Notes: generated by a model from the sequence alone, not told the origin. DNA of 47,985 nucleotides from Candidatus Omnitrophota bacterium (GCA_026387085.1 JAPLMK010000093.1:1-47985); one strand, 5' to 3'; positions 17,252 to 26,756 are shown, numbered from the stretch's first letter. A program made the numbers and translations.

Positions 17252-18706
17252 ATGGCAGAAAAAGAACTGCTTCAAGAGCGGGAAGAGAAACTGAACGCGA
17301 TTATTGAGCGCGGCGTATCTCCTTACGGTGGTCGCTTTGACCGGAGCATTACGGCTCGGGAAGTAGCGGATGGCGCCGGAGATGTTCGGCTTGCCGGCAG
17401 GATTGTGACGATGCGCAATCACGGAAAGGCCGCCTTTGCGGATTTAGAGGACCTTTCCGGCCGCATCCAACTTTACCTTCAGCAGGACCTCCTCGGTTCT
17501 GTATTTGACCTGTACCAGTTACTGGATATCGGCGATATCGTCGGTATATCCGGAGAACCATTCCGCACCAGAACCGGCCAGTTGACCGTCAAGGTTAAGG
17601 AATTGACGCTCCTTTCCAAGTCAAGCCGTCCCCTTCCGGAAAAATGGCACGGCCTGAAGGATGTCGAAACCAGGTTTAGGCAGCGGTATCTTGATTTGAT
17701 TTCCAACCCGGAAGTGCGGGAAGTTTTTGTCGCCCGCAGTCTCATTGTCAGCCATATCCGGCAACGCCTGAACGCGGAAGGTTTTCTGGAGGTGGAAACG
17801 CCGATGATGCACCCGATTGCGGGTGGAGCGGAGGCCAGACCGTTTGTTACCCACCATAATACTCTGGATATGGAACTTTATCTGCGTATCGCCCCGGAAT
17901 TATATCTGAAACGGCTTTTGGTCGGCGGTTTGGAAAAAGTTTACGAGATAAACCGTTCGTTTCGCAACGAAGGCATTTCACCGCTTCACAATCCGGAGTT
18001 TACCATGCTGGAGCTTTATCTGGCATACGCTGATTACAACCGGATGGCGGAAGTTGCCGAAGGCCTGATTTTGCATTTACTGGAGACCAACATTCCCGGC
18101 GTGAACCGTCTGGGGAATAAGGTGAATTATCAGGGGGCAGAAGTTGATATGTCTCCTCCCTGGCGCCGGGCGACTTTATCCGACCTGATGAAAGAATATG
18201 CCGGTATCAGCGATTTGCGGGACCGGGCAAAATTGCTTGCTTGTCTTCAAAAAGAAGGGGCGCCGTGTACCGGAACGGAAACGGTTTTCGATCTGCTGGA
18301 TACTCTTTTTAAATTAAAAGTTCAGCCGAAACTGGTATCGCCTGTTTTTGTGATGGATTATCCCCGGGAGATTTCGCCTTTGGCGAAGAGCAAGCCGGAG
18401 GACGCCGAGACGGTTGAACGGTTTGAACTTTTTATCGCCGGGATGGAAATCGGCAACGCTTACTCGGAATTGAACGACCCGAAGGAACAGCATCGCCGTT
18501 TCGCGGAAGAAGTTAAGCATAACCGCCCGGACCGTTCCAAGTCAGTGGATGAAGATTATATTCTCGCTCTTTCTTACGGAATGCCGCCGGCCGGCGGCCT
18601 GGGTATCGGCATTGACCGTCTGGTGATGTTCTTGACGAATCAGCCCTCCATCCGCGAAGTAATCCTTTTCCCGCTCCTGCGGCCTCAGGCGGTAATTCCC
18701 AAATAA
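17252..18706 (+). CDS. lysS: Lysine--tRNA ligase, class II
   Basis: 484 aa. OB-fold N-terminal domain, EVETPMMH, FRNEG....HNPEFTMLE and GGLGIGIDRLVM class II motifs. Confidence 0.93.
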   Translation: MAEKELLQEREEKLNAIIERGVSPYGGRFDRSITAREVADGAGDVRLAGRIVTMRNHGKAAFADLEDLSGRIQLYLQQDLLGSVFDLYQLLDIGDIVGISGEPFRTRTGQLTVKVKELTLLSKSSRPLPEKWHGLKDVETRFRQRYLDLISNPEVREVFVARSLIVSHIRQRLNAEGFLEVETPMMHPIAGGAEARPFVTHHNTLDMELYLRIAPELYLKRLLVGGLEKVYEINRSFRNEGISPLHNPEFTMLELYLAYADYNRMAEVAEGLILHLLETNIPGVNRLGNKVNYQGAEVDMSPPWRRATLSDLMKEYAGISDLRDRAKLLACLQKEGAPCTGTETVFDLLDTLFKLKVQPKLVSPVFVMDYPREISPLAKSKPEDAETVERFELFIAGMEIGNAYSELNDPKEQHRRFAEEVKHNRPDRSKSVDEDYILALSYGMPPAGGLGIGIDRLVMFLTNQPSIREVILFPLLRPQAVIPK

Positions 18707-18903
18707 TGGAAAAAGAACGAAAAGTAATCTGGCTGGAGAACGCTTTGATTATTATGGCGATTGCCGCCCTGTGGCCGGCTATTTTGCAGTGGCCCGATCG
18801 GGTAACCAAGCCGTTTCTTTACCTGGCGCTGGTTACAATGGCGGTTATTTCCCGGCGCCGGTGGCGCCGGTTGATGAGTATCAAGAAAGATAAAAACCAA
18901 TAA
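18706..18903 (+). CDS. Small two-TM membrane protein, unknown function
   Basis: 65 aa with two hydrophobic helices and a basic tail. Its ATG shares a base with the lysS TAA (TAATG), suggesting translational coupling. Confidence 0.4.
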   Translation: MEKERKVIWLENALIIMAIAALWPAILQWPDRVTKPFLYLALVTMAVISRRRWRRLMSIKKDKNQ

Positions 18904-18966
18904 ATATAGCGCGACCCTTTCCGGGTCGTGGCGGATTAAATGAAACTAAGTTATTTTAAATAGAAT

Positions 18967-19107
18967 ACCACGGAAGCACGGTCGTCAGACTTCGCCGAAC
19001 TCTGGCGAGAAGAATGGAGACACGGAATAAAGCAATTTATAATAAAAAGAACTAACATGAATTAAATCTTTTTTCAGTGCTTCCGCATTTTTCTGTGTTT
19101 CCGTGGT
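18967..19107. repeat. ACCACGGA(A/G)-family inverted repeat pair around an AT-rich centre
   Basis: accacggaagcacgg...ggagacacggaataa on the left, and gtgcttccgcatttttctgtgtttccgtggt on the right, is its approximate reverse complement. Same word family as 15778-15810 and 16040-16075. Confidence 0.7.
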
Positions 19108-19147
19108 AAGGTTGTGTGGTTATTTTCAAGAAAAATAAACTGTTGCA

Positions 19148-19693
19148 ATGAAAAAGGAAATCAGTTCCTGGGCAAAAGTTATTTTTGCCTGCGGTTTGTT
19201 GATTTGGATCGGCCTTTTCACTAATTTCATCATCCGGCCGGGCGAGAACCGTCCAGCCAAGGAACAGGAGAAAAAAGGGGACCTTTTTTTCAATGAAGGC
19301 AAGCCGGAGAAAGCGCTTGCTTGCTGGCGAAGCGCCATAGTATTGGCTCCGAAACAGCGGTCTCCTTACGAAAAGATTTCGGCTTATTATCTCTTGCAGG
19401 GCCAATGGTTGGAGGCGAGGAAGATTACGGAAATCGGTTTGACACAATTGCCGTCATGTGCTAATCTTTACTTTAATTTAGGTTTGAGTTATTATTTTAG
19501 CGGGGACTATCTTCGGGCAAAAGAGAATTTCGGGCGCGTGATAAAACTTGATTCGTATTATCCCGACGCTCATTATTTTTTGGGTCTGATTTATCGCAAA
19601 GAAAACAAGCCGGCGGAAGCGGATAAGGAGTTTATCCGGGAAGTGAACCTGGACCCGACCAGCCGTCGCGCCTGGAAAGAAATCCGAAAATAA
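19148..19693 (+). CDS. Membrane-anchored TPR-repeat protein
   Basis: N-terminal TM helix (VIFACGLLIWIGLFTNFII) followed by 3-4 TPR-like repeats (A...Y..A..L.P, YFNLGLSYYFSGDY..A...F..VI.LD, AHYFLGLIY). Confidence 0.75.
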   Translation: MKKEISSWAKVIFACGLLIWIGLFTNFIIRPGENRPAKEQEKKGDLFFNEGKPEKALACWRSAIVLAPKQRSPYEKISAYYLLQGQWLEARKITEIGLTQLPSCANLYFNLGLSYYFSGDYLRAKENFGRVIKLDSYYPDAHYFLGLIYRKENKPAEADKEFIREVNLDPTSRRAWKEIRK

Positions 19694-19708
19694 ACACTGA
19701 CAATCCTT

Positions 19709-21322
19709 ATGAATATTTTCAAAAGAATTCCGGCCATTTTTCTGTTTTTTGGTTTTCTTCTTTTCTCTTCCGGAGCCGCGCAATCATCGGTTTCGGAAGA
19801 TGTTGCTTATTTTTCTTCCCTGTCTTCGCGGGTACCCGGTTATCCGGGAAATAAGGCGGCCGCCGATTATATTGAGGCGCGTTTCCGGTCGCTCGGCCTG
19901 CAGCAAATTAAGAGGGAAGGTTATCTGGTAACCGTGCCGGTGGAAGAGTCCTCTGTTCTGGAGTGTCAGGGGAAGAAGGTAAAAATCTCGGCGCTCTGGC
20001 CGAATCACGTGCGCACCTCTACCGTGCCGCCGGAAGGAATTACCGGAACCCTGGTTTACGGCGGAGACGGTTCCCTGGTTAATTATTCGGGAAATGACCT
20101 GAAGGGCGCGATTGTTCTCTTGGATTTTAACTGTGGATTTCGCTGGTTGGACGCCGGCTTGCTCGGTGCCCAGGCGGTTATTTTTATTGCGCCGGATGAT
20201 ACGACTTTCTTTGAAGCCCGCCGGAAGTTTTTGAGCATGCCGTTGGACTTACCCCGGTTTTATATCACCCGTCAAGATGCGGATATTTTGCTTTCCGGCC
20301 TGAGCCGCGCCCGAAACACCAAGATGGTAAAACCGGTTCCGGCGAAGCTTTCCTGCCGGCAGAATTGGCAGGCGGCACCGGCCGAAAATATTCTGGGATA
20401 CATTCGCGGCACCGACCCGAAACTGAAAGACGACATTATCTGTCTTTCCGCCTATTACGATTCAATTTCAGTTGTTCCTTCGCTGGCGCCCGGCGCGGAC
20501 CAGGCCAGCAGTATTGCCGGATTTCTTGATCTTGCGGCTTACTTTAGCCAGAATCCTCCCAAGCGGACTATTCTTTTTCTGGCTACCGGCAGTCATTTTC
20601 AGACCCTGCGGGGCATGGGTGATTTTGTTACCAGGCATTACCGCAAAGAAAGAACTTTTTTAACCAAAGACCTGGAGCCGATCAACATCCGGCTTCTGGT
20701 CGGGCTGGAACTTTCCAGCCACTCCGACCTTCTGGCAACCTACTCTAACGGGCTCAGCACTAATTTATACGCTCAGCGTTATTTCGCGCCTTTTGCCAAG
20801 AAATTTCTGGAATATGTTCCGGCTGCTTTTTCCGGTAAACTGCTTAACGGCGTCAGTCCGGAAAAAGGCGTGGCTTTTTCCGCTTTTCTGCCGGAGAGTA
20901 TCAGCACCGACGGTTCCCTTTCTCTTTTGGCCGGACTGCCTTCCCTCTCTTTTGTAACCGTTTATGATAACCGGCGTTATTTTGATACCCCGTTGGATGT
21001 TGCCGCCCGCACGAACAGCGCCAAGTTGGCCGGACAGGTTGAATTACTGCGCCAGCTGTTGAACCGGGCGTTTAATGATTCCGAATTTTTCCCGGAGGGC
21101 GTGCTTGAGTTTAAAGATACGATGCGCACCTTGAAAGGCCGCATCGTCTCTTTTGACCCTAAGGCCGGTTTTGTTCCCAACCAGCCGATAGCAAACGCAA
21201 TTGTTGCCCCCAGGATTCCCCCCACCGTTTCTTATCAAAACCGCAAGAGCGCTTACGGAGTCCGGGGTGAATATTTAGAATTGACTGACGCCAAAGGCCG
21301 GTTACACCCCAATCCCAAATGA
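19709..21322 (+). CDS. Secreted M28-peptidase-fold protein with degenerate metal and catalytic motifs (putative pseudo-peptidase)
   Basis: Signal peptide MNIFKRIPAIFLFFGFLLFSSGAAQS. PA-like insert, then M28-like blocks NILGYIRG, LSAYYDS (usual AHxDS), PGADQASSIAG (usual GA.D[DN]ASG), FLATGSHFQTLRGMGDF (usual ..GEE.GL.GS) and LVGLELS (usual .N.DM.G). Confidence 0.6.
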   Translation: MNIFKRIPAIFLFFGFLLFSSGAAQSSVSEDVAYFSSLSSRVPGYPGNKAAADYIEARFRSLGLQQIKREGYLVTVPVEESSVLECQGKKVKISALWPNHVRTSTVPPEGITGTLVYGGDGSLVNYSGNDLKGAIVLLDFNCGFRWLDAGLLGAQAVIFIAPDDTTFFEARRKFLSMPLDLPRFYITRQDADILLSGLSRARNTKMVKPVPAKLSCRQNWQAAPAENILGYIRGTDPKLKDDIICLSAYYDSISVVPSLAPGADQASSIAGFLDLAAYFSQNPPKRTILFLATGSHFQTLRGMGDFVTRHYRKERTFLTKDLEPINIRLLVGLELSSHSDLLATYSNGLSTNLYAQRYFAPFAKKFLEYVPAAFSGKLLNGVSPEKGVAFSAFLPESISTDGSLSLLAGLPSLSFVTVYDNRRYFDTPLDVAARTNSAKLAGQVELLRQLLNRAFNDSEFFPEGVLEFKDTMRTLKGRIVSFDPKAGFVPNQPIANAIVAPRIPPTVSYQNRKSAYGVRGEYLELTDAKGRLHPNPK

Positions 21323-24087
21323 TGCTGGAGGCCTTTTATCTGAATCCGGAGAGCGGCCGGATTGTGATGGCCCCGGACCGGGGGGTGAACGGCGCGGAAA
21401 ATTACCCGATGATTTTCAAGTTTGATTCACCGGTTAAAGAGTGGTCGACGGTTCTTTTTAACTGTATCAGCACTAATCTCTATGATTTTGTTGACCCCAG
21501 GTATTTAATCGGATTGGATAAGATGGGTGTTTTTAATTCCGCTAATTCTATTCCGCCTGCTTACGGTTTTTCCTACCTGGAGGCGGTAACCAATTTTTGG
21601 AGTTGGTCTTCCGAGGTGGAGCCGGTGGCGGTTGTTTATTCTGAACCGGGCATGGTGATTAAGATTGTCGGAGAAGCCGGCCCCCTGGGCAAAAGAATTC
21701 TGCTTTTAAATTCTCCTGATGGGAAAACCAAAACTAATTCCGAAGGTGTGGGTTACGATGTAACCAGCGATCCGTCTCTGCTCACGCTTACGCCTTACCG
21801 GGCCTGCCGGGACATGATTAACCTCAATGAATATCGAATTTTAAATTTTAAGCAATTCGGTATTTCCAACGACCGGCTGACGATCCTGCACGAAGAGGCA
21901 AAGAAATGGTTTTCCGTCGCATCCGAAAACATGGCCCAGTTTAACTGGTTTTCGTTCCTGACTAACAGCCGGCGGGCGGTGGGTCTGGAGTCCCGGGCCT
22001 ATCCGGATGTGCGGGCCACCACCAATGATGTCATCAAAGGGCTTATTTTCTATTTTGTTATTCTGCTGCCTTTTGCTTTCTTCAGCGAGCGGCTCTTTTT
22101 CGGATTTACCGATATTCGGAAACAGATTGCCGGAATCTTTGCCATGTTTTTATTTGTTTATGCCGCGTTGCGTTTCGTTCATCCCGGTTTCCGTCTGAGC
22201 AGCAGTCCGGAGATTATTTTGCTGGCGTTTATCATTCTTTCCCTGTCCGTCCTGGTTATCTCTTTGGTTGCCGGTAAATTTGAAGAGCAGATGCAGCGCT
22301 TGAAGCGCGAACGGTCCAAGGTCTACGAAACGGACGTGGGACGCATTGCCGCCACCGGGGTGGCTTTTAATCTGGGAATCGCCAACATGAAACGGCGGAA
22401 ACTCCGCACGACTCTTACGGCGATTACGCTGGTGCTGTTGACTTTTACGGTTATTTCCTTTACTTCCATCAAGAGTTTCCTTCGTTTTAATCAGGTGTCC
22501 AAAAGTAATCCGGCCGCTTACGAAGGATTGATGATCCGGGACCGCACCTGGTCTCCGATGGAAGAACCGGGTTACGAATATATTAAGAATGAGTTTTCCG
22601 AGAAAGCGGTTGTGGCGCCCCGTTCCTGGCTGATGAACCCGATCCTCGAAGAGAAGACCTTTATTCGCGTGGCGTGCGGAAAACAGGAGACGTTTGCATT
22701 GGGGTTGCTGGGCGTGACCATTCAGGAACCGCTGATTACCGGTTTTGACCGCTTTCTGGTGGCCGGAAAATGGTTTGAAAATGATACGGAAAACGCGGCT
22801 ATTATTTCGGAAAAGATGGCGAAGAATCTCAACGTTTCTCTTTCGGAGCCGGGCCGGGATGAAATAACGATTTTCGGAGAGGGGATTGTTTCGGATACGA
22901 AACTGGATGATTACAGCGACCTGGATGGCGAGCGGCTGACACCGGTTAATTTTGCGGTTATGCCCAGCCAGGCGATGCAAAAATTCAAGATGGAGCGTAC
23001 TGCCAAGGTGATGGCCGGGGGAGGAAAAACTGAAACATTCACCCACCAGGAAGCGTCTAACGTGGTCATCGTGCCGTTTAATTTCCTGCGCCAGCGCGGA
23101 GGCACTGTCCAGTCAATTGCCGTTAAATTTAAACCCGGTTACGAAACCCGGAAAGAGATTGAAGATTTTGTTTCCCGGCTGGCAGTGACGATATTTGCCG
23201 GAATAGGCGGCAAGACCTCGGTCTATTCGTCCCTGGAGTTGACTTCTTTTTCCGGAATCGGTAATCTTTTTATCCCGATTTTGATTGCCAGCCTGATTGT
23301 TCTCAACACGATGATGGGCGCGGTTTATGAACGTATCCGGGAAATTGGTATTTACAGCAGCGTGGGCTTAGCGCCCAGCCATATTGCCGCTCTTTTCTTT
23401 GCGGAGGCCTGCGTCTATTCGGTTCTGGGCGCGGTAGCCGGTTATCTGCTGGGCCAGGTGGTTACCAAGGTACTGATGGCGGCCGGCCTGCTCAAAGGCC
23501 TGACGCTTAACTATTCCTCTCTTTCGGCTGTCAGTTCGACTATTATTGTTATGGCCGTTGTCTTCCTTTCTACTATTTTTCCGGCTCGGAAGGCTTCACA
23601 GATGTCTGTTCCGGATGTTACGCGAAGATGGGTTTTGCCTAAGCCGGACGGAGATATCTGGTTTTTTGATTTTCCGTTTACGGTCGGAGAAAGCGAAGTT
23701 CTGGGTTTGATGACCTTTTTGCGTAATTATTTTTCATCTTATTCCATTGAGGCGGTCGGTTCTTTTTATACCGCCGACAATAGATTGTTTGAGGAAACCG
23801 GTCCCAAAGGAAAGTCCTACGCGGCTTCCTGCCGCGTCTATCTCTCGCCGTTTGACCTGGGCGTGAGCCAGCAGTTTAAACTTTCGGCGTTTCCGGTAGG
23901 GGAGTTTGGATTTTACGGAATAGAAGTCCGCTTGGAACGGGAAAGCGGGGAGGGGAGTGACTGGCAGCGGTTAAACCGGAGATTTCTGGACAGTATCCGG
24001 AAGCAATTTTTAGTCTGGCGGACCATAAACAAGGAGATTAAACAGGGGTACCGGCAGGAAGGTGAAAAAGAACTGAAGAAGGGGTAA
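21319..24087 (+). CDS. 922-aa FtsX/MacB-type permease-fold membrane protein with unassigned N- and C-terminal domains
   Basis: Residues about 340-400, AFNLGIANMKRRKLRTTLTAITLVLLTFTVISFTSI, match the N-terminal TM1 of the MacB/LolC/FtsX type. A soluble insert of about 260 aa follows. C-terminal FtsX-domain block LIVLNTMMGAVYERIREIGIYSSVGLAPSHIAALFFAEACVYSVLGAVAGYLLG plus two more TMs. There are 3 extra TMs and a leader of about 230 aa upstream. ATGA overlap with the M28-like gene. Confidence 0.65.
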   Translation: MMLEAFYLNPESGRIVMAPDRGVNGAENYPMIFKFDSPVKEWSTVLFNCISTNLYDFVDPRYLIGLDKMGVFNSANSIPPAYGFSYLEAVTNFWSWSSEVEPVAVVYSEPGMVIKIVGEAGPLGKRILLLNSPDGKTKTNSEGVGYDVTSDPSLLTLTPYRACRDMINLNEYRILNFKQFGISNDRLTILHEEAKKWFSVASENMAQFNWFSFLTNSRRAVGLESRAYPDVRATTNDVIKGLIFYFVILLPFAFFSERLFFGFTDIRKQIAGIFAMFLFVYAALRFVHPGFRLSSSPEIILLAFIILSLSVLVISLVAGKFEEQMQRLKRERSKVYETDVGRIAATGVAFNLGIANMKRRKLRTTLTAITLVLLTFTVISFTSIKSFLRFNQVSKSNPAAYEGLMIRDRTWSPMEEPGYEYIKNEFSEKAVVAPRSWLMNPILEEKTFIRVACGKQETFALGLLGVTIQEPLITGFDRFLVAGKWFENDTENAAIISEKMAKNLNVSLSEPGRDEITIFGEGIVSDTKLDDYSDLDGERLTPVNFAVMPSQAMQKFKMERTAKVMAGGGKTETFTHQEASNVVIVPFNFLRQRGGTVQSIAVKFKPGYETRKEIEDFVSRLAVTIFAGIGGKTSVYSSLELTSFSGIGNLFIPILIASLIVLNTMMGAVYERIREIGIYSSVGLAPSHIAALFFAEACVYSVLGAVAGYLLGQVVTKVLMAAGLLKGLTLNYSSLSAVSSTIIVMAVVFLSTIFPARKASQMSVPDVTRRWVLPKPDGDIWFFDFPFTVGESEVLGLMTFLRNYFSSYSIEAVGSFYTADNRLFEETGPKGKSYAASCRVYLSPFDLGVSQQFKLSAFPVGEFGFYGIEVRLERESGEGSDWQRLNRRFLDSIRKQFLVWRTINKEIKQGYRQEGEKELKKG

Positions 24088-24093
24088 TCGTTT

Positions 24094-26052
24094 ATGGATA
24101 AAAAAGAAAATATATCTCCGCAACTGGACGGTTTTGAAAGCGGTTTTAATATCAAAACTCTGCTCGCGGCTCTTTTTGTCGGGTTTATTATGCTTCCGGC
24201 CGGCATTTATATGGGTTTAATCGCCGGAACTTGCCTGGGAGCCGCCGCTCAATGGGTAACGCTCATCCTTTTTGTTGAAGTAGCCAAAAAATCTTTTATT
24301 CAGTTGCGGCGTCAGGAGATTTACCTCATCTTTATTGTGGCCAATTCCCTGATGATGGTGGGCACAGCCGGTATCATGAACGGCGGCGCCTTCAGTTCTT
24401 TAGTTTGGGAACAGTATTTTGTGCAGTCGCCGTACGCCAAGGCCTTTGGGCTGTCCAGCCAGATTCCGCTCTGGGCTGTTCCGCCGGCGGGCAGCGCGGC
24501 GCTTATCCAGCGTACGTTTTTAAGCAAAGTCTGGCTGATGCCGATACTGATTCTCCTGGCAACCCAGATATTGAGCCGGGTGAATGCTTTTACGCTCGGA
24601 TATTATTTTTTCCGGGTAACCAGCGATTTTGAACGGTTGGAATTCCCGATGGCTCCGGTGGCGGCGGAAGGGGTGTGGGCGTTGACCGATCTTTCTGCCA
24701 AAAAAGATACCAACCGCTGGCGCATCTTTGTGACCGGCGGCATGATCGGTATAATTTACGGCGCTTTTTATGTTTTAATTCCTACTTTTACCGGGCTGGT
24801 AATGGCCAAGCCGTTTACGCTTATCCCGATTCCTTTTGTTGATTTTACCAGCCAGATCGGTTCCATCTTTCCGGCTTCAGTTTTGGGTTTTATGACCGAC
24901 CTGGGCAATATTTTTATCGGTTTTGTCCTGCCTTTCTGGGTGGTGCTGGGTACCTTTGTCGGTTCCATCGGGGCACAGACGATTGCTAACCCGATTTTAT
25001 ACAAACATACGACTTTTTTAAAGACCTGGCAGCCGGGAATGGGCGCTATTCCGGCCTATACTTCCACCACGATTGATTTCTGGATAAGCGTTGGAATCGG
25101 CCTGGGCATCGCGGTTTTAATTCTGAGTATTATCTCGGTTACGTTCAAGATGCGCCGGAAAGAAAAGAAGATTAAGACCGCAGTTAAATTACCGGAGAAC
25201 CGGGGTGATTCTTCGCTGGCGGTTATGCTGGGAATCTGGGCTCTTTCCACCCTGGCCTACGTAGGGCTCTGTCATTTTTTGGTTCCTCACTTCCCGTTGT
25301 TACTAATCTTGCTGTTCGGCTTTATCCTGACGCCGGTGCTCACGTATATTTCCGCCCGGATGTTCGGCATAACCGGAGTTGCCACCGGAATTTCCTTTCC
25401 TTATTTGACGGAAGGAACCTATATTCTTTCCGGTTACAAGGGCGCCGATATCTGGTATATGCCTTTGCCCTACTTTAATCACGGCGCCATGACCCAGGGC
25501 TTCAAGCAGATGGAGTTGTTAAAGGTGCGCTTCACGGACTGGTATAAGACGGAATTCATGGCTTTAGGGATAATGCTCTTCTGTAGTTTTCTCTTCTGGT
25601 CGGTTATTTGGAAGATGGGTCCGATTCCTTCTTCCACGTATCCTTTCGTGCAACGGATATGGCCGATGATGGCTATTCCGCGGGCGCTCTGGGTTTCTTC
25701 TACCGTTGCGGGCGGCGCCACCTGGCTGTTGGATTCAATCAAGGGCGCGGTAATCGGCTGGAGCGCGGCCGGAGGCCTGGTTACAGCCGGAATCATGATG
25801 CTCCTTAAAGTACCGATTGCATTTTTCTATGGAATAGTCGGCGGAATCCCGATGTTGCCGCACATGGCTTTTCCGATGTTCTTCGGCGCCCTGTTAGGTA
25901 AATTCTTTTTTGCCCGGCGTATCGGCGTTAAAGAATGGCGGAGCATGACCCCGCTCCTTTTGGCCGGTTATGGTTGCGGCATGGGATTAGCCGGAGCGGC
26001 TTCAGTTGCTGTTGCCCTGATTGCTAACACAGTCTTTCTATTGCTTTATTAA
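24094..26052 (+). CDS. 652-aa polytopic (about 14-16 TM) membrane protein, possibly OPT-superfamily-like transporter
   Basis: Hydrophobic throughout. The N-terminal pattern AGIYMGLIAGTCLGAAAQWVTLILF and the C-terminal LLLAGYGCGMGLAGAASV resemble OPT-family blocks from memory. Not verified. Confidence 0.35.
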   Translation: MDKKENISPQLDGFESGFNIKTLLAALFVGFIMLPAGIYMGLIAGTCLGAAAQWVTLILFVEVAKKSFIQLRRQEIYLIFIVANSLMMVGTAGIMNGGAFSSLVWEQYFVQSPYAKAFGLSSQIPLWAVPPAGSAALIQRTFLSKVWLMPILILLATQILSRVNAFTLGYYFFRVTSDFERLEFPMAPVAAEGVWALTDLSAKKDTNRWRIFVTGGMIGIIYGAFYVLIPTFTGLVMAKPFTLIPIPFVDFTSQIGSIFPASVLGFMTDLGNIFIGFVLPFWVVLGTFVGSIGAQTIANPILYKHTTFLKTWQPGMGAIPAYTSTTIDFWISVGIGLGIAVLILSIISVTFKMRRKEKKIKTAVKLPENRGDSSLAVMLGIWALSTLAYVGLCHFLVPHFPLLLILLFGFILTPVLTYISARMFGITGVATGISFPYLTEGTYILSGYKGADIWYMPLPYFNHGAMTQGFKQMELLKVRFTDWYKTEFMALGIMLFCSFLFWSVIWKMGPIPSSTYPFVQRIWPMMAIPRALWVSSTVAGGATWLLDSIKGAVIGWSAAGGLVTAGIMMLLKVPIAFFYGIVGGIPMLPHMAFPMFFGALLGKFFFARRIGVKEWRSMTPLLLAGYGCGMGLAGAASVAVALIANTVFLLLY

Positions 26053-26103
26053 CACAACTCTGTCATTCCCGATTACTATTCGTGGGAATAACACCAACAT
26101 ATA

Positions 26104-26622
26104 GTGCGGTTCAAAAAAAAGGGAAATATCCGCTTCTTTTCCGAACTTCCCTCCACGCAGGATAAGGCCTGGGAATTAATTTCACAAGGCAGTCCTTCCG
26201 GTTCGCTGGTTATTGCCGGTTTTCAGACGATGGGCCGGGGCCGGCAAGGCAGAATCTGGTATTCCCCCGCGGGTAGTTTGTGTTTTTCCCTTCTTTTGTT
26301 TCCGGTTTCCTTCCAGCGCTCCAACAGTATTACACTTTCCGCCGCCAGGGCGCTTCAATCCGCCTTACAGTCGGAACTGGGCTTGGAGACCAGGCTTAAA
26401 CTTCCCAATGACATCTATTTTCAAGAGAAAAAGTTGGCCGGAATTATACTGGAAGTGAAACAGGATAAAGCGGTTTTGGGCGTCGGGCTTAACGTTAACT
26501 GTCAAACCGGTTCCTGGCCCGCCGGGATATGCGCGGTAAGTTTAAGGGAGATTTTAAACCGGCGGGTAAGCCGTTGCGCAATCCTTTCCGTTTTTTTGAA
26601 CAATTTCCAAAAAAAACTTTGA
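26104..26622 (+). CDS. birA: Biotin--protein ligase catalytic domain protein (short, BirA-like)
   Basis: GTG start. LPSTQD.A, GFQTMGRGRQGRIWYSPAGSL.FS and KLPNDI....KKLAGIL.E motifs. 172 aa, so no HTH domain and probably no C-terminal domain. Confidence 0.6.
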   Translation: MRFKKKGNIRFFSELPSTQDKAWELISQGSPSGSLVIAGFQTMGRGRQGRIWYSPAGSLCFSLLLFPVSFQRSNSITLSAARALQSALQSELGLETRLKLPNDIYFQEKKLAGIILEVKQDKAVLGVGLNVNCQTGSWPAGICAVSLREILNRRVSRCAILSVFLNNFQKKL

Positions 26623-26661
26623 CATTTGCTTTATTTAACGATAAAATAGAGTAGAATTATT

Positions 26662-26756
26662 GTCGGATGAATCCGACCGCTACATACTGCATGCAATAAT
26701 ACGTCGGGTGAATTTTATGTATTGTAGCGGTGCGATTTATCGCACGTATTGCAGTA
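26662..26756. repeat. TGTAGCG-hairpin family repeats in opposite orientations
   Basis: gtcggatgaatccgac-cgctaca (26662-26684) and tgtagcg-gtgcgatttatcgcac (26723-26745), with shared tactgca..caata flanks. Related to 18908-18931 and 44312-44333. Confidence 0.65.

Noticed and set aside
21289-21325. Frameshift fusion of the M28-like and FtsX-type ORFs into one polypeptide
   Set aside because: The ATGA overlap is a common coupling arrangement, and the downstream frame opens only 30 nt before its ATG. The fusion is not excluded, but nothing in the sequence requires it.
22150-23046. 298-aa ORF on the minus strand inside the FtsX-type gene
   Set aside because: It lies entirely antisense to a well-supported CDS. 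It has Arg/Gly/His-rich low-complexity composition typical of shadow ORFs, with no motif, SD or independent gap.
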